A DNA stretch of 63,469 nucleotides, filler included, from Acidimicrobiia bacterium (GCA_041619515.1; 6 parts of 4 records of this genome joined end to end with filler, not necessarily neighbours in it), one strand, 5' to 3'; positions 28,993 through 39,170 are shown, counted from the whole stretch's first letter. Notes: generated by a model not told the origin, from the letters alone. Numbers and translations: made by a program.

Positions 28993-29002
28993 GGCGGCGG
29001 GC

Positions 29003-29434
29003 TCAGGTCCCCATCAACTCGGCGAGGTCCAACATCCGCTGAGGGAAATGGCGGCCGATGACGCCGCTGACTACCGGGAGAGCCAGCAGCGCAGTGAAGC
29101 CGTCGGCCGTCAGGTCGACTTTGGAGTGGATGCGGGTCTTGCGCGGTTCCTCGGCTTCGAGCATCATCTCGATCCGGCACCGCCATTCGGCGGCCCGGAT
29201 CATCACATCCATGTATTCGAGCGGGGTGGAGCCCTCGACCGTCATCGTCCCATCGAGATTGCTCCCACCGATCTTGGCGGTCCACGAGCAGGATTTGAGC
29301 TCGCCGTCCTCCAGCCGGATATCGGAGATCTCGGCGGCACCCAGCAGCGAGCCCCACACGCCGGCGTCCTGCAGGGTGTCCCACGACTGTTGGGCGGTGG
29401 CTTCGGCGTATACCGTGTCGGAGTAGCGTGGCAT
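29003..29434 (-). CDS. SRPBCC/START (CoxG-like) family protein
   Basis: 143 aa; N-terminal strand then WDTLQD helix, beta-rich core and C-terminal helix typical of the fold. Confidence 0.6.
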   Translation of the reverse strand: MPRYSDTVYAEATAQQSWDTLQDAGVWGSLLGAAEISDIRLEDGELKSCSWTAKIGGSNLDGTMTVEGSTPLEYMDVMIRAAEWRCRIEMMLEAEEPRKTRIHSKVDLTADGFTALLALPVVSGVIGRHFPQRMLDLAELMGT

Positions 29435-29513
29435 GGCCGCGCCACGCTAGCAATAACGATCGTCACCCCGCCCGGCCGTTCCCCCCGGCATGTCGGCGCT
29501 TTACCCTGCGGGG

Positions 29514-30050
29514 ATGCTCGACGCCTCCGATTATCTCCGGGTAGCGGTCGATCCCCTGCGCCTGGCGGTGCTCGGACATGCCGCCGCCGGGCCGATCGAC
29601 CCGGCGCGCTTGGCCGCCGACCTCGGCGTCACCGAGCGCAAGGTTCGGGAGGCCGCCGGCCGGCTCCAGGCCCAGGGACTGCTACGACCCGACGGCACCC
29701 TGGACCGGGAAGCCCTGCGGGTAGTGGCCCAGAGCCTTCCCCAGGATGCTCCGATCGATCCCGAGCTGGTCGCCGAGGGCTGGAGCGACGACGAAGCCAG
29801 GACGCTTGGGACGTTCTTCACCGGATCGCGCCTCAGACAGATTCCCTCCCAGCGCGGCAAGCGTCTCGTCGTTCTAGAGCGCCTCGCCCAGGAGTTCGAG
29901 CCCGGGCTTCGCTATCCGGAGAAGCAAGTCAACTTCATGCTCCAGCTGTTCCACGCCGATTACGCCGCCCTGCGCCGCTATCTGGTCGACGAGGGCTTCC
30001 TGACCCGTGCCGAGGGTGTCTACTGGCGCACGGGCGGCCGGTTCGCGTAG
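29514..30050 (+). CDS. DUF2087 domain protein with N-terminal wHTH-like region
   Basis: IPSQRGKR, YPEKQVN, DYAALRRYLVDEGFLTR; TACCCT -10 six nt before ATG 29514. Confidence 0.85.
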   Translation: MLDASDYLRVAVDPLRLAVLGHAAAGPIDPARLAADLGVTERKVREAAGRLQAQGLLRPDGTLDREALRVVAQSLPQDAPIDPELVAEGWSDDEARTLGTFFTGSRLRQIPSQRGKRLVVLERLAQEFEPGLRYPEKQVNFMLQLFHADYAALRRYLVDEGFLTRAEGVYWRTGGRFA

Positions 30051-30113
30051 CCGCATTGGCTTATTCACCCGGGTGTGGCAGCCTTGCGGTGTGTACGAGA
30101 GGAGCTCAACGGC

Positions 30114-30680
30114 GTGGCGGCGCTAGACATCCCCGGTTACGTGGCCGCGATCAAAGAGCATGCCATCGAACACCGCTTCCACGTCCATGACGAACGCCAC
30201 TTCATCGAGACCTACAGCATGCGTCAAACCTTCGAGGTCGACTTGCATCCCGAGAACGCCTGCGGCGAGCCACTCGATCTCCATATCGCGCTCGAGGTGG
30301 ACCCGCGGGTGGTGCTCGACTTCGATGAGCACGTCTCGGGCCTCCCCGATGGCGAGGATCCCGAGGACGGGTTCAACCTTCCGCTCTTCTTCCGCTGGGG
30401 CCTGCCTCCGCTCGCCAACCCGCCGGATCTGTTGATTCTCGCCACCGACCTGGCCGGGGTGGGCGGAGTGGACCTGCCGCTGGAGGTGTCGGGGATCGAC
30501 TCGAACGAGGTCGTCGCCGACGGACCGGTGCGGCGCCTTTCCATCGTCGGCGAGGTGACCCTGTCACTCGGCGAGGTGTTCTCAGGCGGGCAACCTCTGT
30601 GTGACGTGCTCGACCGGAGCCACGACGTCAGCGACTTTCTGCTCGAGCAGGGAGAGGCGTGGGGGTGGCGTCGCGGGTAG
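30114..30680 (+). CDS. Hypothetical protein (acidic, His-rich N-terminus)
   Basis: SD GAGGAG before GTG 30114; GC3-rich codon usage. Confidence 0.75.
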   Translation: MAALDIPGYVAAIKEHAIEHRFHVHDERHFIETYSMRQTFEVDLHPENACGEPLDLHIALEVDPRVVLDFDEHVSGLPDGEDPEDGFNLPLFFRWGLPPLANPPDLLILATDLAGVGGVDLPLEVSGIDSNEVVADGPVRRLSIVGEVTLSLGEVFSGGQPLCDVLDRSHDVSDFLLEQGEAWGWRRG

Positions 30681-30684
30681 CCGG

Positions 30685-30978
30685 CTAGGCGAACGGATCG
30701 GCCGGGGGCGCTGCCGCCACCGGAGCGGCCTGGGCCTCCGAATCCTCGGCGCGAGCGTCGGCTCTGGGAGCGGGTATGGGTGCCGGCTCACCGGCTTTCC
30801 CTCCCGCATCCGGCCGGCCGGCAGGGCTTGCTGTGCCCGGTCGGGGGTCGAGGGAGAGGCGATCCGCCTGCACCACATGGATGATTTCCTCCCAGTCGCG
30901 GGCGAGGGCGCATTTACCGCAGTAGACGGCGTTGTCACGTTTTACGACGGCTTCTCCGCCGCAGCGCGAGCACTCCAC
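30685..30978 (-). CDS. Small CxxC...CxxC zinc-ribbon-like protein with Pro/Ala tail
   Basis: CSRC-x13-CGKC; SD AGGAG; directly downstream of the Fe-S oxidoreductase gene. Confidence 0.6.
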   Translation of the reverse strand: MECSRCGGEAVVKRDNAVYCGKCALARDWEEIIHVVQADRLSLDPRPGTASPAGRPDAGGKAGEPAPIPAPRADARAEDSEAQAAPVAAAPPADPFA

Positions 30979-31100
30979 GAGATCGAACTCCTATGTCGAG
31001 GTACTGGAGGTGTTATCGGCTCGGCCGGGCTGCGGCTTGAGCATGGCCCCCGTGCCCGGCACCGGCTCCCTGCCGGGCCGCCGCTGTCGCCGCAGGCCTC

Positions 31101-33290
31101 CTACTCGAGGGTCCGCTCGGCCAGAATGACCGAGATCTCCTTGACCTCGACCCGCTCGTCGGCACCCAGCTCCTTGACGCCGTCGTCCAGCATCACGTAG
31201 CAAAACGGGCAGGCGACTGCGATCTCGTCGGCGCCGGTGGCGATCGCCTCCTCGGTGCGCTCGATGTTGACCTTCTTGCCGACCTGCTCCTCCATCCAGA
31301 ACCGGCCGCCACCGGCTCCGCAGCACAGGCCTTTGGTGCCGTTGCGGGGCATTTCGACCAGGTCGGTGACTGAGGAAAGGACCGCCCGGGGCGCAGCAAA
31401 CACGTCGTTGTGGCGCCCCAGGTAGCAGGAGTCGTGAAAGGTCACGGTCTTGTCGTTCCCACCGATGGGGACGAGCTTGTCCTCCTTCAAGAGCTGCATG
31501 AGCACTTCGCTGTGATGGAAGACTTCGTAGTCGCCGCCGAACTGGGGGTATTCGTTCTGAAGGGTGTTGAAGCAGTGGGGGCACTGGGTGATGACCTTGC
31601 TGATGCCCAGGTCGTTGAGGGTGGCGATGTTCTGCAACGCGAGCTGCTGGAAGACGTACTCGTTGCCGGTGCGCCGCGCCGGGTCGCCGGTGCAGAGCTC
31701 TCCCGGCCCGAGGATGGCGAAATCCACTCCGGCCTCGTGCAGGAGCCGAGCGGTCGACAGCGTCACCTTGCGGTTTCGGTCGTCGAACGAGCCGGCGCAA
31801 CCCACCCAGTAGAGCCATTCGGCCGTCACCCCGGGCTCTCCGAGAACCTTGACCTCGAAATCGAGCTCTTTGGTCCAGTCCGCCCGGCTCTGCTGGCCCA
31901 TGCCGTAGGGGTTCGAGGAATTCTCGAGCGCCACATATGCCTTGCCGAGCTCGGTTGGGAAGTCCGACTCCATGAGGGACAGGTAGCGCCGCATGTCGAG
32001 GATCTTGTCGAGAATCTCGATGTTCACCGGACAGATCTCGTCACAGGCTCGGCAGGAGGTGCAGGCCCACAGCTCCTCGGCGGTCACCCGCTCGAACACC
32101 GAATCGGCCGACACGGTGATCGCCTCGTCGGGACTGACCGGTGCCGACAACGGATAGCCGGCGGTGGCGGCCGCCACCTCCCCGAGCTTGAGAACGATCT
32201 CTCGAGGATCGAGCGCCTTTCCGGTGAGATGGGCCGGGCATGCGGAGGTGCAGCGGCCGCACATGGTGCAGGCGTCGGTATCCAACAGCTGCTTCCACGT
32301 GAAGTCGCCGACGGCATTGGCGCCGACGGTGTCTATCTCGGTGGCCTCCATCAGGTTGGGCATCTCCCGCATAGCCCCCCGGGGCCGCTCGCGCGGGGAC
32401 AAATACATGTTGGCGGGTGAGGTCACCATGTGGCGGAGCTTGGTGGTCGGCAGCATGACGAGAAACCCCATGAATGCGAGGGCGTGGACCGCCCACATCG
32501 CCTGATGGAACCCGCCGGCGATCGAGCCGGGCACCAGGTAGCTGAGCGAGTACCCGGCGAACGACCACATCTCGAAATCCGGCCTGCCTTCGGCGGAGAG
32601 GCGGGCGGCTTCGACGGCCAGGCCGGTGACGCCGATCACACCCAGCAGAAGGAGCGTCCAGGCATCCTCGGGCTTCGTCTTGCCGCGCAGCCGTGACGGA
32701 CGCTGCAGATAGCGCCGGGTCGCGGCCCATACGATGCCGGCGATGAAGACGAGGGCGAACACGTCGAGGACGAATGAGTATCCCTGGTACACGCGGCCGG
32801 TGAGGAACTTCCACCCTGCCGGGAGCAGATGGTCGATCTCCAGCGTCACCGTGCCGGCGAACAGGACCAGGAATCCGTAGTAGATCATCGAGTGCATGAC
32901 ACCGGCGGCGGGGTCCCGCAGCAGGGTCTTCATCCGCAGGCCGCGGTCGAGGGCGAGCGCCCGCTCCTTCCAGAGGCCGCTTCGAGACTCCTGTGCGCCG
33001 CGCTCCCAGTTGCGGGCCCGCAGCGAGAAGAGATACAGCGAGACGCCCAGGAACGCCGACACCCCGACATAGAACAGGGCCACCAGGCCGCTCTGGACGT
33101 TGACAAACACATCGCGGCGGATGGCAGACTCCGCGTGGCCGGGAAGCGACCCGAGCCACCAGGCGAACAACGTGGCTGCGGGCACGACGAAGGCCAGGAC
33201 GAGCAGGACATTGGAGGCCGTCAGCGCGCCACGGCCGGATGGCGGCTCGGTGACCTCGGTCAGCTCCGGAGATTCGGCCGTTTGCACCAC
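31101..33290 (-). CDS. Membrane-bound heterodisulfide-reductase-like Fe-S oxidoreductase (FadF/HdrF-like)
   Basis: Multi-TM cytochrome-b-like N-terminus, CTMCGRCTSACP and CTSCRACDEICP, two CCG domains (TQCPHC, HDSCYLGR, CCGAGGG, ACPFC). Confidence 0.9.
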   Translation of the reverse strand: MVQTAESPELTEVTEPPSGRGALTASNVLLVLAFVVPAATLFAWWLGSLPGHAESAIRRDVFVNVQSGLVALFYVGVSAFLGVSLYLFSLRARNWERGAQESRSGLWKERALALDRGLRMKTLLRDPAAGVMHSMIYYGFLVLFAGTVTLEIDHLLPAGWKFLTGRVYQGYSFVLDVFALVFIAGIVWAATRRYLQRPSRLRGKTKPEDAWTLLLLGVIGVTGLAVEAARLSAEGRPDFEMWSFAGYSLSYLVPGSIAGGFHQAMWAVHALAFMGFLVMLPTTKLRHMVTSPANMYLSPRERPRGAMREMPNLMEATEIDTVGANAVGDFTWKQLLDTDACTMCGRCTSACPAHLTGKALDPREIVLKLGEVAAATAGYPLSAPVSPDEAITVSADSVFERVTAEELWACTSCRACDEICPVNIEILDKILDMRRYLSLMESDFPTELGKAYVALENSSNPYGMGQQSRADWTKELDFEVKVLGEPGVTAEWLYWVGCAGSFDDRNRKVTLSTARLLHEAGVDFAILGPGELCTGDPARRTGNEYVFQQLALQNIATLNDLGISKVITQCPHCFNTLQNEYPQFGGDYEVFHHSEVLMQLLKEDKLVPIGGNDKTVTFHDSCYLGRHNDVFAAPRAVLSSVTDLVEMPRNGTKGLCCGAGGGRFWMEEQVGKKVNIERTEEAIATGADEIAVACPFCYVMLDDGVKELGADERVEVKEISVILAERTLE

Positions 33291-33441
33291 GGTCCAAGCT
33301 TAGACCTGCCGCCGTCTGCCTCCGGTTGAGACGGTCCTCGGGTGGCGCCGACGGCGTCCCGTGTTGCCGGTTCCATGCCCGCAGGTGCCGCCCGACTGCT
33401 CCCCCGACCCGAAGGGTCGTCGCGCACGCGATAATCATTCG

Positions 33442-34698
33442 GTGAGTGCCCTCGAGAGCGCCGGTTCCTGGGACGCAGAACGGTCCGCCCATCTGCGAGC
33501 AGCGCGTCGGCGCGCCACCGGACTGCTGGTAGTGGTTGCGGCCATATTCGCCGCCACGCATGCTTTCACCGACGGACGGGGGGTGTGGGGCTTCGTTCAG
33601 GCGGCTGCCGAGGCCGGGGTGGTGGGTGGCGTTGCCGACTGGTTTGCCGTCACCGCCCTGTTCCGCCATCCGCTCGGGCTCCCGATCCCGCACACGGCCG
33701 TCATTCCCCGGGGAAAGGACGCCTTCGGGAGGGGTCTGGGCGAATTCGTCGCCCAGAACTTCCTCGATCCGGACCTCTTGGGTCGGCGGCTGACCGAACT
33801 GGACCCGGCCGACCGGCTCGCCACCTGGTTGATGCGGCCGAACAACGCCGAGATCGTTGCCCGTCGAGCGGCCAGCATCATGGTCGGGATCGCCGACGCC
33901 TTGAGTGACGAGGAGGTCCAGGAAGGGATTCGAGCCGCCCTCGAAGAACGCGTGCGCAACGTCGAGATCACCCCGCTGCTCGGCACCGTGGCCGAGCTGG
34001 CGATGGAGGGCGGCCATCATCACGCCATGGTCGACGCGGCCCTCCTCGGCTTGAGCCGCACCATCGAAGAGAACCAGGAGGTGTTCCGCCTGCAGCTGCG
34101 CCGCGAATCACCGTGGTGGGTTCCCGAGCCCGTCGATGAAGTGGTGTTCAAGAAGGTGTACGACTCGGCTCAACGCTTCATCGCCGACATCACCGCCGAC
34201 CGGGACCATCCCCTCCGGGCCGACTTCGACCGCAGGGCCGCCGAACTGATACGACAGCTCAAGCGGTCGCCAGAGCTGCGGGCGCGGGGGGAGGAGCTGA
34301 AGGAGGCCTTTCTCACTCATCCAGAGTTCGCGGCCTGGTCTGAGGAACTGTGGGCCGACCTGAAGGCAACGATCGCCAGGGCGGCGGACGAGCCCGAGTC
34401 GGACTTGCGGCGCAGACTCGCCAAATGGAGCGTCACCGCCGGTGAACGGCTCGCCACCGAGCCGTCACTCCGCCACCGGGTCAACACCTGGTTCATCTCG
34501 GTTGTCGAGCGGGCCGTCATCCATTCCGGAGACGAGGTCACAAGCCTCATTTCCTCGACGGTCGAGCAGTGGGATGCTCAGGAGACGAGCCGGCGCCTGG
34601 AGCTGCTGCTCGGGCGCGACCTGCAGTTCATCCGTATCAACGGCACCCTCGTAGGAGCTCTCGTGGGCGTGGCGATCCACCTGGTGGTCATCCTGTAG
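33442..34698 (+). CDS. DUF445 family membrane-anchored protein
   Basis: AEAGVVGGVADWFAVTALFRHP, PHTAVIP, DLQFIRINGTLVG. Confidence 0.92.
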   Translation: MSALESAGSWDAERSAHLRAARRRATGLLVVVAAIFAATHAFTDGRGVWGFVQAAAEAGVVGGVADWFAVTALFRHPLGLPIPHTAVIPRGKDAFGRGLGEFVAQNFLDPDLLGRRLTELDPADRLATWLMRPNNAEIVARRAASIMVGIADALSDEEVQEGIRAALEERVRNVEITPLLGTVAELAMEGGHHHAMVDAALLGLSRTIEENQEVFRLQLRRESPWWVPEPVDEVVFKKVYDSAQRFIADITADRDHPLRADFDRRAAELIRQLKRSPELRARGEELKEAFLTHPEFAAWSEELWADLKATIARAADEPESDLRRRLAKWSVTAGERLATEPSLRHRVNTWFISVVERAVIHSGDEVTSLISSTVEQWDAQETSRRLELLLGRDLQFIRINGTLVGALVGVAIHLVVIL

Positions 34699-34733
34699 GC
34701 GGGAAACCCGCTTGGCGGGCTATCCTCCCAGCA

Positions 34734-34845
34734 GACCACGGGGAGCTCGAGCGAGTCGGGCTGAGAGGTTGGCCGGAGGATCACCTCGATCACACCGCCA
34801 TCGACCCGATGACCTGAACTGGATAATGCCAGCGGAGGGAGCCGG
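34734..34845 (+). ncRNA. TPP riboswitch
   Basis: GGGG...GCTGAGA...ACCC..ACCTGAACTGGATAATGCCAGCGGAGGGA directly upstream of thiamine ABC genes. Confidence 0.93.
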
Positions 34846-34846
34846 G

Positions 34847-35878
34847 ATGCCTGCCAGAACACCACTCGGGAAAGCCCGCACGCGCCTGGCGGCGCTGGCA
34901 GGGGCATTGGCACTCTTCGTGTCGGCGTGCAGCACGTCGGGCCCCGATACCCTGACACTGCTGGCACACAGCTCGTTCGCCATCTCCCAATCCACCCTCG
35001 ACGCCTTCACCGAAGAGACCGGCGTCACGGTCGAGATCATCGACGGAGGGGACGCCGGGGCGATGCTCGCCCAGGCGATTCTCACGAAGGACAACCCGAT
35101 CGCCGATGTGATCTTTGGGGTGGACAACACGTTCCTGTCGCGGGGAGTTGCCGAGGAGATCACCATCCCGTACGTTGCCCCCGCCCTCGGAGATCTCCAT
35201 CCGTTCACGCGGCTCGACCCCACCAACCGCTTCACACCCATCGACTACGGGGACGTCTGCCTGCAATACGTCAACGACGGCTCGCTCGATCCGAGCACGC
35301 TGTTCCAAGATCCCGACGGCTCTCGCCTGGTTGTCATAGACCCATCCACTGATTCCCCCGGGCTGGCCTTCCTCCTGGCCACGATCGCGGCATTTCCGGA
35401 GACCTGGCAGGAGTATTGGGCGGATCTGCGCGACGAAGGCGTGCTGGTGGTCCCCGGCTGGGAAGAGGCCTATTACGGGGAGTTCGCCGGGGCGTCCGAC
35501 GGGGACCGCACGGTGGTGGTCTCATACGGCTCATCACCTGCCGCCGAAGTGGTCTTCGCCGCCGAGCCGATCGACGAGCCTGCCACCGGCATCGTCGAGG
35601 AAAGCTGTTTCCGCCAGGTGGAGTTCGCCGGGATCCTCGCCGGCACCGACTCCCGGGAGGCGGCCGAGCGCTTCGTCGACTTCATGCTGACCCCCCGGTT
35701 CCAGGAGGACATCCCGCTCAATATGTTCGTCTTTCCGGCGCTGATCGGGGCCGAGCTGCCCCGGGTCTTCACGGATCACGCCACCGTGGCCGACCAGCCG
35801 CTCACGGTCGAGCCGGCCGTGATCGCCGAGAACCGGGATCGATGGATCGACGAGTGGACCGCGATCGTGCTCCGGTGA
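34847..35878 (+). CDS. thiB: Thiamine ABC transporter substrate-binding lipoprotein
   Basis: Lipobox VSAC, HSSF, ADVIFGVDN, SPGLAF, FRQVEFAG; riboswitch context. Confidence 0.92.
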   Translation: MPARTPLGKARTRLAALAGALALFVSACSTSGPDTLTLLAHSSFAISQSTLDAFTEETGVTVEIIDGGDAGAMLAQAILTKDNPIADVIFGVDNTFLSRGVAEEITIPYVAPALGDLHPFTRLDPTNRFTPIDYGDVCLQYVNDGSLDPSTLFQDPDGSRLVVIDPSTDSPGLAFLLATIAAFPETWQEYWADLRDEGVLVVPGWEEAYYGEFAGASDGDRTVVVSYGSSPAAEVVFAAEPIDEPATGIVEESCFRQVEFAGILAGTDSREAAERFVDFMLTPRFQEDIPLNMFVFPALIGAELPRVFTDHATVADQPLTVEPAVIAENRDRWIDEWTAIVLR

Positions 35879-37506
35879 GGATCTCCTGGTCCCGGCTCGG
35901 CCGGGCGTCGCTGGTTCTGGTCCCCCTCGGCTTTCTCACCGTCTTCTACGCCTACCCGGTGCTCAGCATTCTGCTCACCGGGTTGGTTCGTGACGGGTCC
36001 CCCGACCTGTCCCCCTTTCGGGCGGTTCTGACGTCCGCGCCCCTGCTGGGCGTCGTCTGGTTCACCCTCTGGCAAGCGGTGGTTTCCACCCTGCTCACGA
36101 TGATTGCCGCCATGCCGGTGGCCTATGTGTTTGCCCGCTACCGGTTCGCCGGCAAGCGGCTCTTGTCGGCGCTGCTCACGGTGCCCTTCGTCATGCCGAC
36201 GGTGGTGGTGGCGACGGCATTCCTGGCGCTGCTCGGCAGCTCGAGCCCGTTCGGCATCAACCTCAACCGGACCATCTGGATCATCCTTGCTGCCCACGTC
36301 TTCTACAACGTGGCCGTGGTCGTGCGCACCGTCGGGGGACTGTGGTCTCACCTCGACCCGCGCATGGAAGCGGCCGCCCGATCCCTTGGGGCCACCCGCT
36401 GGCAGGCTTTTCGGACCGTCACGCTCCCGTTGCTCCGCCCGGCGCTGGCTGCCGCCGCGGCCATCGTGTTCCTCTTCACGTTCACCTCGTTCGGTGTCAT
36501 CCTCATCCTCGGCGGCCTCACCTATGCCACGCTCGAAGTGGAGATCTATCGCCAGACCGTCGTGTTTCTGAATCTGCCCGTGGCCGCTGCCCTCGCCATC
36601 GTCCAGCTGGCCGGGGTCTCGGTCATCCTGTGGCTCTACGGCCGGTATCAACGGCGTCGTGAGGTAGAGCTGAGCCTCATGCCGGCCGAGTCGGTGGCGC
36701 AGCGCCCGTCGACCTGGCGCCAGCGGCTCGTGGTCGGCTCGGTTGCCGCCTACATCGGAGTAGTCGCGGTGCTCCCGCTGGGGATACTGGTGGCGCGTTC
36801 GTTCGACACCGGAGGCAGCGGACCGTTCACCTTCTATCGCACCCTCACCGACGGCAGCGGGAGCACCGCCTTCGTTTCTCCGCTGGAGGCGATCGGCAAC
36901 TCGCTGTGGATTGCGGGATTGGCGACGATCATCGCCCTGGTGGTGGGAATGGCCGCGGCGGCCGTTGTTGCCTACCGGACGGGGCGAGCTTCCCGATCGT
37001 TCGACCTGCTGCTGATGCTGCCGCTGGGAACCTCGGCGGTGACGATCGGATTCGGCATGCTGGTCGCGCTCGACTGGCCGATCGATCTGCGGGCGCACGT
37101 CATCCTCATCCCGCTGGCGCACGCCCTCGTGGCGATCCCGTTCGTGGTGCGCCTCTCGGTCCCGGTCATGCGGGCGGTTCGACCTCAGCTGCGAGAGTCC
37201 GCCGCGGTTCTGGGAGCCTCACCGGCTCGGATCTGGCGAGAGATCGACCTTCCGATCGCGGCCCGCGCCCTCGGCGTCAGCGCCGGCTTCGCCTTTGCCA
37301 TCAGTCTCGGAGAGTTCGGTGCCACCAGCTTCATCGCCAGGCCAGACACTCCCACGCTTCCGATCGCCATCTTCCGGCTGCTCGGGCGGCCGGGCACGCT
37401 CAATTTCGGCCAAGCCCTGGCACTGAGCACCATCCTCATGGCCCTGACGGCAGCCGTCATCCTGCTCGTCGACCGGCTCCGGCTGGGCGACGTGGGCGAG
37501 TTCTGA
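35875..37506 (+). CDS. thiP: Thiamine ABC transporter permease
   Basis: FTLWQA, AHVFYN, two EAA loops, SLGEFGAT; GTGA overlap with thiB. Confidence 0.9.
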   Translation: MRISWSRLGRASLVLVPLGFLTVFYAYPVLSILLTGLVRDGSPDLSPFRAVLTSAPLLGVVWFTLWQAVVSTLLTMIAAMPVAYVFARYRFAGKRLLSALLTVPFVMPTVVVATAFLALLGSSSPFGINLNRTIWIILAAHVFYNVAVVVRTVGGLWSHLDPRMEAAARSLGATRWQAFRTVTLPLLRPALAAAAAIVFLFTFTSFGVILILGGLTYATLEVEIYRQTVVFLNLPVAAALAIVQLAGVSVILWLYGRYQRRREVELSLMPAESVAQRPSTWRQRLVVGSVAAYIGVVAVLPLGILVARSFDTGGSGPFTFYRTLTDGSGSTAFVSPLEAIGNSLWIAGLATIIALVVGMAAAAVVAYRTGRASRSFDLLLMLPLGTSAVTIGFGMLVALDWPIDLRAHVILIPLAHALVAIPFVVRLSVPVMRAVRPQLRESAAVLGASPARIWREIDLPIAARALGVSAGFAFAISLGEFGATSFIARPDTPTLPIAIFRLLGRPGTLNFGQALALSTILMALTAAVILLVDRLRLGDVGEF

Positions 37507-37612
37507 TGCTGCAGGTGCGCGATCTCTCCAAGCGCTACGGCGACCGCAACGCCCTCGTTGACGTCGATCTCGACGTTGCCACCGGCGAGACGGTTGCCGT
37601 GCTGGGACCAAG
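37506..37612 (+). CDS. thiQ: Thiamine ABC ATP-binding protein, 3'-truncated
   Basis: MLQVRDLSKRYG...GETVAVLGP (start of Walker A). Confidence 0.8.
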
Positions 37613-37712
37613 NNNNNNNNNNNNNNNNNNNNNNNNNNNNNNNNNNNNNNNNNNNNTTAATTAATTAANNNNNNNNNNNNNNNNNNNNNNNNNNNNNNNN
37701 NNNNNNNNNNNN
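37613..37712. other. Artificial contig linker
   Basis: N-run with TTAATTAATTAA. Confidence 0.97.
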
Positions 37713-38088
37713 GGTCGGGACGTCCCAGATCGACTACCACGAACAGCGCTCCGGTCATGAGCGCAACGGCCGTGATGAACTCGGCCATACGGGTGACGGG
37801 AGTCCGCCAGGTGGCGTTTGCCACCCGCAGGATCGCGGAAATGAGCGTGCCGGCATGGCTGATGCCGATGAAGAACACGAACATGGTGATGTATAGGCCC
37901 CAGGAAATGCGGTCCCGCAGGCCCGTCACCACCAATCCATCCCTCAGCTGTACGTAGTAGGCAAATAGCGCCCAGGCGATAACCGCCAACAGCACGCCAA
38001 CCACGACGTAGTAGTTCCGGGTGGTGGTGCGGGCGGGCTCGAGCGTCGTCTCTTCCAGCCGCTCCCGCCAGGAGGTCATCGACTCCAT
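37713..38088 (-). CDS. NrfD/PsrC/ActC-family membrane subunit, 3'-truncated
   Basis: WGLYITMFVFFIGISHAGTLISAILR, RMAE, DLGRP. Confidence 0.9.
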
Positions 38089-39170
38089 CTGGCACTCCCC
38101 TCGGCGAGGCGCGTCCAGGGCCAGCGGATCGGCAGATGGCCGGTACTGGTGGGGTCACGGCCGACATCTTCGCCGTGCCCGGGAATGTAGTAGACCCGTG
38201 GTTGGGTGCCGAGCTCCTCCTTGAGTCGGAAGGCATCGTTATTGGCGAGGTAGCGAGTTATCGAGACCAGCTCGCGGCCGTTCGTGGCCAGGTCTTCTTC
38301 CAGATCTCCGTAGTAGACCGCCCGGTGCGGGCAGGCCTGTATGCAATACGGCAACGTCCCGGAGCGAACCATATCTGGACAGAAGTCACACTTCATCACC
38401 GTTCCCTTGCGGGCCGGCACCTGCAGCTCGAGGTCGTATTCGGCCAGCAACGCCTCGGGGGGTACGGGTGGGTCGCCCCAGTTGAAGAACCGGCGGTCGT
38501 AGGGGCAGGCGGCCATGCAGATGCGGCACCCGATGCACCGGTCCTGGTCGATGAGCACCGGCCCTTCGGGGGCTGAGAAGGTTGCCCCGACCGGACACAC
38601 GTTGACGCACGGAGGGTTTTGGCACTGCTGGCACGGCGTCGGAATGAAGCGGGTGCCGTCGCCGGGGAGCTCATGCTCGAAGACCTCTATCCACTGCATC
38701 GGCTCCGGAGTGAAATGGCCCTCGATGCAGGCCGTCGTGCACTGTGGCGGGAGCCCGATGCTCTGGCACCCGTCACACCGCCGCAGGTCTATGATCATCG
38801 TCCACTGCCGTGTCCGAGCGCGCTGAGGGAGTTGGTCGGTGCCGGGCGGAGCCTCCTGCAGCAGCAGACTGTTGAGCGCCTTGGGGACCACCTGGGAAAC
38901 GCTGCCGAAGACGGCCGCCACGCCGAATAGCCGCAGAGCCGTGCGACGGTCCACCGTCCGGACGCCGTCGGCGAACAACCAGCCCTTCCACTCCTGGCGG
39001 CTCTGGCGGCTCATGGAGACCCGGGCGGCCACCAGCGGGGCCGACACGAGGGCGAGGGTGGTTGCGAGGAGAACGAAGAGCGGGCTTGTTCCCCACGCGA
39101 GGAGTCCAGCAGCAGCGACGAACGCCAGCACTGCCAGGATCACACTGCGGCGCCGGCGTTTCTTGGTCAT
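38076..39170 (-). CDS. 4Fe-4S multicluster ferredoxin (NrfC/PsrB/DmsB-like) with N-terminal membrane region
   Basis: IDLRRCDGC, CQQCQNPPCVNVCP, CIGCRICMAACPY, KCDFC...CIQACP, LGTQPRVYY. Confidence 0.9.
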   Translation of the reverse strand: MTKKRRRRSVILAVLAFVAAAGLLAWGTSPLFVLLATTLALVSAPLVAARVSMSRQSRQEWKGWLFADGVRTVDRRTALRLFGVAAVFGSVSQVVPKALNSLLLQEAPPGTDQLPQRARTRQWTMIIDLRRCDGCQSIGLPPQCTTACIEGHFTPEPMQWIEVFEHELPGDGTRFIPTPCQQCQNPPCVNVCPVGATFSAPEGPVLIDQDRCIGCRICMAACPYDRRFFNWGDPPVPPEALLAEYDLELQVPARKGTVMKCDFCPDMVRSGTLPYCIQACPHRAVYYGDLEEDLATNGRELVSITRYLANNDAFRLKEELGTQPRVYYIPGHGEDVGRDPTSTGHLPIRWPWTRLAEGSARWSR

